Below, in pieces: positions 8,463 through 17,065 of a stretch of 40,186 bases of DNA (position 1 is its first letter; each line of letters starts with the position of its first letter). The stretch lies in IMG/VR virus record IMGVR_UViG_3300042906_000531; one strand, 5' to 3'. Position numbers and translations under genes: made by a program. The DNA is from a virus. The notes beneath the pieces are model-generated. The model ran no database searches and was not told where the DNA came from. It was given only the letters and a program-made list of their open reading frames with translations.

Positions 8463-8787
8463 GTTTCCTCTTCACCATCTCCCCAACTTCGTCCCCGTGA
8501 TGTTTTGCGATCTTTTCTATCAGCGGTAACCGAGCCGCACGAGGCTTCGACAAAAGCCAGTGAGCCCAGTCCGCAACGACATACGGCATAGCAGCCTCAT
8601 AAGCCTGCGCAATCTCCGATCGATCACTGGACTTCACCGCTTTGATGATCTCCAGCCAGTGCCCACGCTCTAAAAGCTCGGTGCTTTTCAATGGTGTCGG
8701 GGCACTCTGTTGAAGGAGGTCTCCAGCCGTGTTCTCGCCAGATCTCTTCGACAGGTCTGAAGGTTCGTGGGGATCGTTGGCTTTCAA
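8392..8787 (-). CDS. Hypothetical protein (131 aa), distal gene of leftward operon
   Basis: The helical central part looks protein-like (LLERGHWLEIIKAVKSSDRSEIAQAYEAAMPYVVADWAHWLL). The 3' end overlaps the holin 3' end convergently by 71 nt. The start is ambiguous (see the competing ATGA-coupled ORF 8624..8806). Confidence 0.5.
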   Translation of the reverse strand: MKANDPHEPSDLSKRSGENTAGDLLQQSAPTPLKSTELLERGHWLEIIKAVKSSDRSEIAQAYEAAMPYVVADWAHWLLSKPRAARLPLIEKIAKHHGDEVGEMVKRKLTELHRDSFQKSAFQQSPTSRSK

Positions 8788-8802
8788 TCAGTTCCTTCCA
8801 GT

Positions 8803-9387
8803 TCATAGTCGCTCCATTAAATTATCCACTTCGTTCAGAAAATTAACAACGTCCGTTTCAAGACTTTTAATATCCTCATCAGACGGCTCAAAACGCACCA
8901 CAAAGAGCTGTAGTCTCTCGGGCAGTCTAGGATCAAAGGAAACGAAATCGACCCATCTACGGCCCGTACAAGCCATCTGTGCGAGCATTTGATTCTTGTA
9001 GGTTGTAGGTACTTCGCCCGAAGTTAGATAGCTTATGTGCGTCGAAGTTTTGGGGCACTTTATTTCGATGAGCCCGTCACCAACCAAACCATCAGGCGAT
9101 GCTGCAAAGTTATGGATCGTCGGATGATCCACAATAGCAACCTGCTCCACCCACCTTTCGGTTCGTATTTGATACGCAGCTCGTGCAAGTGGCTCATTAA
9201 GAGTTCCCCACTCCATATAAGAGTTCGTAAATGTCTCGGCTACCGTTCCTGTGAGTCGTTCCGCGATGATGTCGGAAATGTAATTCGCCCTTGTAGCCGT
9301 ACCTTTTTTAGCTCGCGCATCTGAGACACGGGAAGCTGTCACCTTCCCTAGTCTTGCAAGCCTCCACTCCTCTGTGCCTTGCTCCAT
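8803..9387 (-). CDS. YqaJ-type (lambda Exo-like) recombination exonuclease
   Basis: [23 protein letters not shown]...EWGTLNEPLARAAY...GLIEIKCPKTSTHISYL is typical of YqaJ viral recombinase-domain exonucleases. Confidence 0.88.
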   Translation of the reverse strand: MEQGTEEWRLARLGKVTASRVSDARAKKGTATRANYISDIIAERLTGTVAETFTNSYMEWGTLNEPLARAAYQIRTERWVEQVAIVDHPTIHNFAASPDGLVGDGLIEIKCPKTSTHISYLTSGEVPTTYKNQMLAQMACTGRRWVDFVSFDPRLPERLQLFVVRFEPSDEDIKSLETDVVNFLNEVDNLMERL

Positions 9388-9743
9388 CAGAATGCGGGCT
9401 CTTCAGACTTATTTTTTTGCCCGAGCATTTGCATGATGTCCGCAACGATCTCAGTCGTATACCTGTCAATACCTTGTTTGTCTGTCCACTTCCGAGTCTG
9501 TAAACGTCCCTCGATGTAGATGGGCTTACCCTTATCAATGTACTTCTCGATGATCTCTGCCAGCTTCCCGTAGGCGACAACACGATGCCATTCAGTTTCT
9601 TCTACGGTCTCGCCCTGTTTGTTCTTCCTACGGTTTGTGGTTGCCAGACTTAAAGTCGCTACGGCTGAACCTGATTCTGTGTAACGGCACTCAGGGTCTT
9701 TGCCGACATTACCGATCAACATAACTTTATTTAGTGATGACAT
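9387..9743 (-). CDS. ssb: Single-stranded DNA-binding protein
   Basis: [33 protein letters not shown]...[14 protein letters not shown]...[11 protein letters not shown] is an OB-fold SSB signature, with the acidic C-terminal tip EEPAF. Confidence 0.92.
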   Translation of the reverse strand: MSSLNKVMLIGNVGKDPECRYTESGSAVATLSLATTNRRKNKQGETVEETEWHRVVAYGKLAEIIEKYIDKGKPIYIEGRLQTRKWTDKQGIDRYTTEIVADIMQMLGQKNKSEEPAF

Positions 9744-10020
9744 CTAAGATTCCTCGTTCAAATAACAATCCAATCGTCTTTCTGTGTGCTTCTTCCCATG
9801 CTTGTCTTTTCTCTTCTTTGCCTGCACCTCCTTGATCTATTTGCATGTGACACCGATAACATAAAGCCGCGACCCTAAAGTCATGTGCCTTGATACCCGT
9901 TCCTTTACCGTCTTTCTGTTGATTAGAGTGAGCCGCGACAACTGTTCCATCCTCGACACCACAAAGACCACAGGGGAGTTCTCTGCAAGCCTCAAGTAGT
10001 TTCTTAGATCTCCAGTTCAT
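9727..10020 (-). CDS. DUF1364 / YbcO-like zinc-binding putative nuclease
   Basis: [23 protein letters not shown]...[25 protein letters not shown] parallels the E. coli YbcO pattern (C..C...AH...G.G.K..D....C..CH..ID). Confidence 0.65.
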   Translation of the reverse strand: MNWRSKKLLEACRELPCGLCGVEDGTVVAAHSNQQKDGKGTGIKAHDFRVAALCYRCHMQIDQGGAGKEEKRQAWEEAHRKTIGLLFERGILDVITK

Positions 10021-10340
10021 TGTGTGTTCCTGATGTCGGCTCTCATGTTTGCTTGTTCAGACCTCCAGATCTCGATTCTTGCCTGCGCTGCAATCAGATC
10101 CCAACGTAACTTCTCCTCGATCTCGACCGCTTGTTTTAAGCCCTGCAAAAGCTCCAGATACTCCGGGTGAGCATAAGCATCCCTTTCCTGAGCACCTAAA
10201 GCGTTCTCAAGACTAGCCTTCATGAGAATGGCCTTCTTAGACTTCCTAAACTCCTCGAGATAAACGCGTTGGGCTTTGGCATCGGCGAATTGACGAGCAT
10301 GTTTAAGGATGTAATCAACGGCTTTGTGCGGGTCTTTCAT
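10017..10340 (-). CDS. Hypothetical coiled-coil protein (107 aa)
   Basis: The start is taken at ATG 10340 (MKDPHK...), which forms an ATGA overlap with the upstream gene stop. The longer ORF-track start at 10376 would overlap the upstream gene by 40 nt. Confidence 0.6.
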   Translation of the reverse strand: MKDPHKAVDYILKHARQFADAKAQRVYLEEFRKSKKAILMKASLENALGAQERDAYAHPEYLELLQGLKQAVEIEEKLRWDLIAAQARIEIWRSEQANMRADIRNTQ

Positions 10341-10750
10341 ACGGCTATGAATTGATGAATAGGAATATGAACACAAGGAACAACATCATCGGGATCTCCT
10401 CTGTCTGTGCGGCCACCGGGCTTGATTGTGTAGCCGGGTCGAAACGTCCAATACTTCATTGTGTCTGACCACTGGACAACTAAGAGCGCAAGTCGCTGGG
10501 AGGCGTTTTGTATGTTGATGCCAGCCTCAAACTTTGCGAAATCCAACATATAGGTGTTGTAGTCGGTGGACTTACAAGTTCTCGTTTTGACTTCGATCCA
10601 TCTCACGAGCTGACCGTTTTGATAAGCAGCGAAGTCCATTTGGTAGAACTTAGGAAGCCTGTAGATGTCGTAGTGAAAATGATCGGCAAATGCTTGTGCG
10701 ACGGCTAGCTCTCGCTTCCGATCAAGTTCTGTTTCGTAAACAGGTCTCAC
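10337..10750 (-). CDS. Putative PD-(D/E)XK-fold nuclease-like protein (137 aa)
   Basis: ...QMDFAAYQNGQLVRWIEVKTRT... fits a D...(E)VK restriction-endonuclease-like core. Translationally coupled on both sides within the recombination module. The function is an inference. Confidence 0.5.
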   Translation of the reverse strand: MRPVYETELDRKRELAVAQAFADHFHYDIYRLPKFYQMDFAAYQNGQLVRWIEVKTRTCKSTDYNTYMLDFAKFEAGINIQNASQRLALLVVQWSDTMKYWTFRPGYTIKPGGRTDRGDPDDVVPCVHIPIHQFIAV

Positions 10751-11343
10751 AGTCCTAACTCCTTCTTACGTTTGTCTTTAGCTGCTTCGATTTGTTTTAC
10801 AAGGTCAGGTGACTTTTTGTGCTTAACAAAAACCTCCTCATAAACCTTCCTAAGATTGTCTTTGTTAGAGCTACCAATCTTCTCAAGATCCTTGTCGAAG
10901 TTTGATTCAGACACTACTTCGTGAGTCTGATTCTCGCTGTCGTTATCACCCTCTGTGGGAATGCAAAAAGCCTGCATAAGAGCGTACTTATAAGCAGCTG
11001 ACATTGCTTTGTTAGTTGCCTTATCACCGGAGTCCATAGCCTCGCCAATCGTCGATATAACGTGGCTAGAGCCATCTTCGCCGGAGACTAAAGCGAACTC
11101 CATTGAGACCGTGACATAGAACAAAGCAGTGCCAGATTTATTGACGCGCTCGACAACCTGTCGGTCTGTAACGCGAGGAAGGATGCACAGTTTATGCTCC
11201 GCAAGGATCGGAGCCATTGCGTTATAGACATCGTCAATACCGCGGAACTGGTATCTCTGCGCTTCGTTGGTCCTCTGTTTGGCAATCCCTGCTTTGGAGA
11301 TCGCACTCATCACTTTGCTTATTGCTTCGTAAACTTTCTGCAT
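10747..11343 (-). CDS. erf: Erf-family single-strand annealing protein
   Basis: AISKAGIAKQRTNEAQRYQFRGIDDVYNAMAPILAEHKL...MEFALVSGEDGSSH...GDKATNKAMSAAYKYALMQAFCIPT is typical of the ERF superfamily. Confidence 0.88.
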   Translation of the reverse strand: MQKVYEAISKVMSAISKAGIAKQRTNEAQRYQFRGIDDVYNAMAPILAEHKLCILPRVTDRQVVERVNKSGTALFYVTVSMEFALVSGEDGSSHVISTIGEAMDSGDKATNKAMSAAYKYALMQAFCIPTEGDNDSENQTHEVVSESNFDKDLEKIGSSNKDNLRKVYEEVFVKHKKSPDLVKQIEAAKDKRKKELGL

Positions 11344-11509
11344 ATCGTTTTATCCTGTAAAAACGTTCTATCTTATGAAGAGGAACATCATCGTCCCAAA
11401 CAAAATCCCAAATACTATCGCTGTCAGCCAGTCTTTCAGCAAGCTCATCCTCTTCTCTTTCTCTGTCGTGTTCATATAGCATCCTGTCAAAGTAATAATC
11501 TTCGTTCAT
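11234..11509 (-). CDS. Small acidic hypothetical protein, first gene of leftward operon
   Basis: ATG 11509 is preceded by GAGGTGGAAT. The N-terminal half is very acidic (DREREEDELAERLADSD). The 3' end overlaps the erf start by 110 nt, so the C-terminal extent is doubtful. Confidence 0.5.
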   Translation of the reverse strand: MNEDYYFDRMLYEHDREREEDELAERLADSDSIWDFVWDDDVPLHKIERFYRIKRYAESLRSNKQSDECDLQSRDCQTEDQRSAEIPVPRY

Positions 11510-11586
11510 ATTCCACCTCGTTTCACGACTATATACGCCCTAAAACACAACGCTACAGCCAGCAGACGAAAGGTAGGTTTTACACG
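11510..11586. promoter_or_regulatory. Divergent intergenic region between leftward and rightward early operons (presumed early promoters)
   Basis: This is the only gap between the two divergently transcribed early gene blocks. It contains TATATA, but I could not place a convincing -35/-10 pair. Confidence 0.3.
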
Positions 11587-11901
11587 ATGAGCGGCAAATC
11601 ACCAATGCAACGAAGCCTAGAGAAACTAAGGCAAGAAGGCTATGTCTGTCAGATCGTCGAGAAGTGGAACCCACATGCTCGCATCAGGCAAGACCTCTTC
11701 GGGATCGGCGACATCCTAGCTATCAGGGACACTGAGACGCTGCTGGTGCAGACAACCTCCAGAGGGAATGTCAACGCAAGGATCAGGAAGATTAAGGAAT
11801 CGGAGCATCTGCCAGCGATCCTTAAGGCAGGGTGGAAGATCGAGGTTCACGGATGGGGCAAGTTAAAAGCCGGGTGGACTTGCAAGGTGTTTGAATTCTG
11901 A
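11587..11901 (+). CDS. Small nuclease-like protein (104 aa; possible PD-(D/E)XK / resolvase-like)
   Basis: MSGKSPMQRSLEKLRQEGYVCQIVEKWNPHARIRQDLFGIGDILAIRDTETLLVQTTS... shows an E...D...D/Q.T arrangement reminiscent of small restriction-fold nucleases. The start is the first ATG after the divergent gap (weak AAAGG upstream). Confidence 0.55.
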   Translation: MSGKSPMQRSLEKLRQEGYVCQIVEKWNPHARIRQDLFGIGDILAIRDTETLLVQTTSRGNVNARIRKIKESEHLPAILKAGWKIEVHGWGKLKAGWTCKVFEF

Positions 11902-12013
11902 TTTAGACTGATACAGTTGTAATCGCAAGGGATACCCCGACGGGGGGAAAAGCGGACTCATCACCCGCCTGCCCTTTGCTCCTTCAGTGATGACTACCTT
12001 GATGGAGGTTCGC

Positions 12014-12452
12014 GTGGCGAAGTCTTATCGTAGCCAATATCTCGACCCGAGATGGCAAAAAAAGCGTTTGCAAGCACTTGAGTTTTATGGATTCTCTTGC
12101 ATTTTGTGCGGAGAAGATGAAAAAACTCTTCATGTTCACCATAAGCAATACATTCCTAACAAGGACGTTTGGGATTACAGCATTTGCCAGCTTGATGTTC
12201 TCTGCGCGGAATGCCACTTACAAAGTCATGATGAACTAGAATTTTTGAATGAAGTCATCGGTTTGATCCCTACATTAAAAGTTCATCGGTATGAATTGGC
12301 TTGCTTAATAGCTGGATATTGCGGTATCAATATTGATGAAAAACTTGATAGCCCGCTTAACAAATTAACTTATCAAATAGGCCAATTAGCCGAGCAGCAA
12401 AAAGTAATCAGCCGAAAGTTCTATTACGAACAAATCAAGGAGGCTGATAAAA

Positions 12453-12463
<11 letters not shown>
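12014..12463 (+). CDS. HNH-motif / zinc-finger protein
   Basis: YLDPRWQKKRLQALEFYGFSCILCGEDEKTLHVHHKQY...LCAECHLQSH (CxxC...HH...CxxCH). GTG 12014 lies 5 nt after GGAGG; the ORF-track start at 11987 has no RBS. Confidence 0.65.
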
Positions 12464-13063
<600 letters not shown>

Positions 13064-13064
<1 letters not shown>

Positions 13065-13351
13065 TGAAAGGCCACGACTTCGTCAACAACCTACAGCTTG
13101 CAGGCAAACCACCCAAAGCTGTTTTTATCGACTTTGTTGGAAAGCCAGACGATGATCCGGACTACCCCGTTGTTGTCGTTGAGCCTAAAGACCGAGACTT
13201 TCGATGGGCCAGAGGATTACGGGTGCATGTCAATGGAGGAGATCCCGATCAAGTCCACTCCATCTTGCAAGCTCTAAAAATATGTGCGCCCGCCCGCGTG
13301 ATAGCTAACTACGCCCCCGGTCTTTACTGGGATTCGGAGGTGGACGCATGA
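13064..13351 (+). CDS. Hypothetical protein (95 aa)
   Basis: TAATG coupling to the upstream gene and a 4-nt overlap with the helicase gene. No family recognised. Confidence 0.7.
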
Positions 13352-14265
13352 TTCTCGAGAACCTCGACTACAAAGCGTGGTACGAGCAGATGGAAGCATC
13401 TGTGAAAGTCAGGCCTGCTCAAGATTGTATGGACGACCTCATTGAGGAGATGAGGAATCCGTCGGAAGAGCCGAACATTGTCATGCCGTTTGCAAAACTC
13501 GAAGACAAGTTCACCTACCGCTTAGGTGAGGTCACTGTGCTTGCAGGCCAAAACGGATCTGGCAAAAGCCTTCTCGCGGGACAGATCGCTCTGCACCTGA
13601 TCCATCAAAACCAAAAGGTGGTGATCGCTTCTTTCGAAATGAAGCCGGTTAGGACACTCAAGCGGATGGTGCGTCAGTGGTCGCGGATGTCATTTCCTAC
13701 CTTACAGGCTCACGAGAAGTTCAAGGAATGGGTCAAAGACCGACTATGGTTTTACGATGTACAGGGAACTGTAAGCCCACCTCAAGTTCTAGGAGTCGGT
13801 GTTTACTGCAAGACGATGCTCGGTTGCCAGCATTACTTCATTGATTCCTTAATGAAGTGCGTTCGCGGCGAGGACGATTACAACGCACAGAAGAACTTTA
13901 CAGACGAGCTGTGCGGCCTTGCGAGAGATCAGAATATTCACATTCATTTGGTTCACCATATCAGGAAACAAAGCGATGACAACAAAACACCCTCTAAAAA
14001 CGATCTAAAGGGCTCTGGGAGCGTCGCAGATCAAGTGGACAACGTAATCCTCATGCACAGAAACAAATCGAAGGAGCGTGATTTTGAGGCCAATGGTGTA
14101 GTAGACCATTCCATCCCTGATGCCTTCCTGTCTTTCGAGAAACAACGTAACGGTGAATGGGAGGGAGTGGCGAAACTTTGGTTCGACAGACAGAGCCAGC
14201 AGTACGTTCAGGAAGTTGGGGGATTGCCTACCGATTATCAGCCCAAATCAGCCGACCATCGGTAA
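13348..14265 (+). CDS. DnaB-like replicative helicase (RecA-type C-terminal domain only)
   Basis: Walker A is VLAGQNGSGKSLLAGQ. It is followed by HIHLVHHIRKQSDDNKTPSKNDLKGSGSVADQVDNVILMHRN, typical of the DnaB_C fold. GGAGGTGG RBS. Confidence 0.85.
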   Translation: MILENLDYKAWYEQMEASVKVRPAQDCMDDLIEEMRNPSEEPNIVMPFAKLEDKFTYRLGEVTVLAGQNGSGKSLLAGQIALHLIHQNQKVVIASFEMKPVRTLKRMVRQWSRMSFPTLQAHEKFKEWVKDRLWFYDVQGTVSPPQVLGVGVYCKTMLGCQHYFIDSLMKCVRGEDDYNAQKNFTDELCGLARDQNIHIHLVHHIRKQSDDNKTPSKNDLKGSGSVADQVDNVILMHRNKSKERDFEANGVVDHSIPDAFLSFEKQRNGEWEGVAKLWFDRQSQQYVQEVGGLPTDYQPKSADHR

Positions 14266-14317
14266 ACGCTTTGCGGGAAAAAGCAGGCTTACGACAATGT
14301 AATTTTACGGAGGCGAT

Positions 14318-14455
14318 ATGAATGAACCAACGAAAAAGCTAGCAAAACATCCTAACTGGCCGTTTCAGCAGACGTTAGTAAAAGGCAAGTGGGTTAAGAA
14401 AAAGAAAGTCACGAAGCGCGACATTTTGAAAACCATTGAGGAGGCTTTGTTTTGA
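14318..14455 (+). CDS. Small basic protein (45 aa), not in the ORF track
   Basis: ATG 14318 lies 5 nt after GGAGG. Translation is MNEPTKKLAKHPNWPFQQTLVKGKWVKKKKVTKRDILKTIEEALF. The stop TGA 14453..14455 overlaps the TTG start of the methyltransferase. Confidence 0.55.
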   Translation: MNEPTKKLAKHPNWPFQQTLVKGKWVKKKKVTKRDILKTIEEALF

Positions 14456-15135
14456 ATGAGTTGGCTCTTTTCGCGGGCGCTGGTGGAGGCTTGCTTGCCT
14501 CGCAACTTATCGGGTTTAGGACAATATGCGCTGTTGAGTTGGATGAGTACCGCAGATGCGTTCTCGTCCAGCGACAAAATGATAAACACCTTAGACCCCC
14601 GTTTCCGATATGGGATGACATTTGTACCTTTGACGGCAGACCGTGGAGAGGCCTTGTTGACATCATCACTGGAGGCTTTCCTTGTCAGGCATACAGCACG
14701 GCAGCATCAGGGAAAAATAACGCCGACGATCTTTGGCCGGAAATGCGTCGAGTCGTGGCAGATGTCGCTCCCTCATACGTCTTTGCCGAAAACGTCAGCC
14801 GAGTTGCAATTGACGCGGCAGCAGACGACCTTGAGCAGATGGGTTACAAAACCAAAGCAATTTCCCTTAGCGCGAAAGACGTGGGTGCTGACCACGTTCG
14901 GGAGCGATATTGGCTTCTTGCATACGCCAACAACAAAAGCGAATTACTGCGCCGATTCAATGCAGAAATGGCCTTCATGTGTTGCGTGGAAAAAAACGTT
15001 TGGGAAAGTAACGCCGGAAGCGAGCGAATATCTGATGGGATGGCCTACCGGATGGAGCAACTTGAAGCCATTGGAAATGGACAAGTTCCAGCAGTGGCAG
15101 CAACAGCATTTAATTTATTAAAGGAGAAGATATGA
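14452..15135 (+). CDS. DNA (cytosine-5) methyltransferase, short phage type
   Basis: Motifs: LFAGAGG (I), GGFPCQAYS (IV), ENV (VI), HVRERYWLLA (VIII) and RISDGMAYRMEQLEAIGNGQVPAVA (X). TTG start 6 nt after GAGGAGG. Confidence 0.88.
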   Translation: MNELALFAGAGGGLLASQLIGFRTICAVELDEYRRCVLVQRQNDKHLRPPFPIWDDICTFDGRPWRGLVDIITGGFPCQAYSTAASGKNNADDLWPEMRRVVADVAPSYVFAENVSRVAIDAAADDLEQMGYKTKAISLSAKDVGADHVRERYWLLAYANNKSELLRRFNAEMAFMCCVEKNVWESNAGSERISDGMAYRMEQLEAIGNGQVPAVAATAFNLLKEKI

Positions 15136-15473
15136 ATTACACAGAATTAGTCACTGCACTTGCAAAGCCCGGATGCGACATCCTCGACGATCTCAGCCCG
15201 GATCAAGCCTTTGTTTTGCACATGTCCATCGGAGTCTCTGGGGAGTCTGGGGAACTGTTAGACGCAATCAAGAAGTGGGCGATCTACCAAAAACCCTTAG
15301 ACATCGACAACGTGATTGAGGAGTTGGGCGACATTGAGTTTTACCTTGAGGGCATACGACAAAAGCTCGGCCTTAACCGAAACAGAATTCTTGAGCACAA
15401 CATTGAGAAATTGAGAAGGCGCTACGGCACGAAATACACGAACGAAGCAGCACAAAGGAGAGCTGATAAATGA
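15132..15473 (+). CDS. MazG-like nucleotide pyrophosphohydrolase
   Basis: GVSGESGELLDAIKKW (ExxE) and IEELGDIEFYL (ExxD) are typical of the MazG all-alpha NTP-PPase fold. AAGGAG RBS. Confidence 0.8.
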   Translation: MNYTELVTALAKPGCDILDDLSPDQAFVLHMSIGVSGESGELLDAIKKWAIYQKPLDIDNVIEELGDIEFYLEGIRQKLGLNRNRILEHNIEKLRRRYGTKYTNEAAQRRADK

Positions 15474-15808
15474 GTCTTACAAGACTTCAGAAGCAGGCAA
15501 AGATTGATCGTGGATTAGCCTGTCTAAAGTACATGCAAAAGCGAATCAACCCGGTGACAGTGAAAGAGCTGGCCGAGAAGATGAAGATAAGTCCGAAGTT
15601 GATCCAAAACGCGTTGATTCCTTTGTTAGCTGAGGGCAAGATCACAAGAAGGCTGCTTTCACATCAGTCATCGGTTGCTAAAAAGATTGGCAGGGCATAC
15701 GGTTATAACGCAGTCGAAATCAAGTTACAAAACAGAAACAAACCTTTCCTATGGAATAACCCTTTTGGAATTCAACATGAAAAAACAAGAACCGAAACAA
15801 GAGCGTGA
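15470..15808 (+). CDS. Putative winged-helix DNA-binding protein (112 aa)
   Basis: VTVKELAEKMKISPKLIQNALIPLLAEGKITRR looks like a wHTH. ATGA coupling to the upstream gene. Confidence 0.55.
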   Translation: MSLTRLQKQAKIDRGLACLKYMQKRINPVTVKELAEKMKISPKLIQNALIPLLAEGKITRRLLSHQSSVAKKIGRAYGYNAVEIKLQNRNKPFLWNNPFGIQHEKTRTETRA

Positions 15809-15962
15809 TTGGGTCAAGGTGTATCTTTTCGAGAAGATCACTATTGTTCCCCATTACGTCAAAAAGAACGTGTTTGTGCTTCCCGGTGGGCGTGAGATCG
15901 ACGAAGAAACATTAGTGGACGCTGGCGCATTTCAAGCAGCGACATATCTATGGCCGAGATAA
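15777..15962 (+). CDS. Hypothetical protein (61 aa)
   Basis: The start is taken at ATG 15777 (MKKQEPKQ...). It overlaps the neighbouring genes at both ends. Confidence 0.5.
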   Translation: MKKQEPKQERDWVKVYLFEKITIVPHYVKKNVFVLPGGREIDEETLVDAGAFQAATYLWPR

Positions 15963-16318
15963 CCTGCAAAACCCATCCAGATGCACCGCATGGCTTTGAC
16001 CGCAACGCTTCACACAACGCTGATCGGTATGTGTGCGAGTGCGAGAACTGGGAACCAAAGCCTGTAGCTCATGTTTATCGAATTGAAACAAACGGCAGGC
16101 CTTGTGTGGCATGGGATGACGCAAGTGAAATTAAGGTCGGCGCAAAACTTTACGCTGCGTCTGGTCAATGGGTCGGGCTTACCAGCGATGACATTCACGA
16201 TGCGTTTTGTCACGCTGAATACGATGCCAATCAGGATTGGAACGATGACCCGGAAGGCTGGTGCAAAGCGTTTGCAAGTTATTTAGAAGCCAAATTAAAG
16301 GAGAAGAACGGTGGATAA
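15950..16318 (+). CDS. Hypothetical protein (122 aa); C-terminus paralogous to that of 17676..18164
   Basis: Ends ...WVGLTSDDIHDAF...YLEAKLKEKNGG, compared with ...WVGLTDEEVMVAAY...FIEAKLKEKNT in the other gene. Confidence 0.7.
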   Translation: MAEITCKTHPDAPHGFDRNASHNADRYVCECENWEPKPVAHVYRIETNGRPCVAWDDASEIKVGAKLYAASGQWVGLTSDDIHDAFCHAEYDANQDWNDDPEGWCKAFASYLEAKLKEKNGG

Positions 16319-16532
16319 AGACGACATTATCAAGATGGCGAAAGAGGCTGGAATTAAACAGGCAATTGAAACTCCACATCTACTGATGGTGCATGAACTT
16401 GAACGCTTCGCCGCACTTGTTGCAGCACATGAGCGTGAGGCGTGTGCGAAGCTGGCAGAGGAGCCTTATGAGTTCACCAGCGAAGAAGCCCACAGAATCG
16501 CATCCGCCATCAGAGCAAGGGGTGAGCAATGA
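16311..16532 (+). CDS. Hypothetical protein (73 aa); paralog of 18161..18412
   Basis: GTG start. DDIIKMAKEA...ELERFAALVAAHEREACAK...AIRARGEQ is shared with the second copy. Confidence 0.75.
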   Translation: MDKDDIIKMAKEAGIKQAIETPHLLMVHELERFAALVAAHEREACAKLAEEPYEFTSEEAHRIASAIRARGEQ

Positions 16533-16762
16533 CACGGGGGGCAGGCATGAAGTGCTGTGACGTTTGCGGCAAAAACACCGACCGCCTCGCTGACCTGCTG
16601 GAGACGCACCAGACGCCTGACATCAAGGAGGTCTGCTACGACTGCGAGAAGGTTTTGAACAAGCACAAGGCTAAGCTCCAATACGTGACCGCGAACCTGC
16701 TGCTGGACTGGTTCAAGCGTTTTATGGAAGAGCGCAAAGCGCAAGCGAAGGGGAAAATATGA
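16529..16762 (+). CDS. Hypothetical Cys-containing protein (77 aa)
   Basis: ATGA coupling. CCDVCG...CYDCEK suggests a possible zinc ribbon. Confidence 0.65.
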   Translation: MTRGAGMKCCDVCGKNTDRLADLLETHQTPDIKEVCYDCEKVLNKHKAKLQYVTANLLLDWFKRFMEERKAQAKGKI

Positions 16763-17040
16763 ACAAGTGGATGCAAAGAGCAATTCAGCAAGGAACGCCA
16801 GAGTTCAAGGCGTACGCTGCGTATGTCACCGAAGCTATGCCAGAAGTGACCCTACCTGTGTTGCGAGATATGTTCAAACACAACGCCAGCATTCGTGAAT
16901 ACAAGGCGCACCACAACGCCCTACGCGCCGCGCTTGCGGAGCGTGAGCCGCAATTAAAGCAACGCGATGGAGGGCGCACCCTCTGTGGTCACTGCGCCGC
17001 GACTGGTGAACCGATCAAACGCGCACACGGCATCAAGTAA
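16759..17040 (+). CDS. Hypothetical protein (93 aa)
   Basis: Coupled start. Contains NALRAALAEREP, encoded by a 35-nt island repeated at 17787..17821. Confidence 0.65.
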   Translation: MNKWMQRAIQQGTPEFKAYAAYVTEAMPEVTLPVLRDMFKHNASIREYKAHHNALRAALAEREPQLKQRDGGRTLCGHCAATGEPIKRAHGIK

Positions 17041-17065
17041 TTTTTAACCAAAGGAGAAAATTGAA

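Noticed and set aside
11902-11986. CCCC-GAC-GGGG hairpin after gene 11587..11901 as a terminator.
   Set aside because: The stem is only 4 bp and it is followed by GGAAAAG rather than a U-tract. It is probably insignificant.
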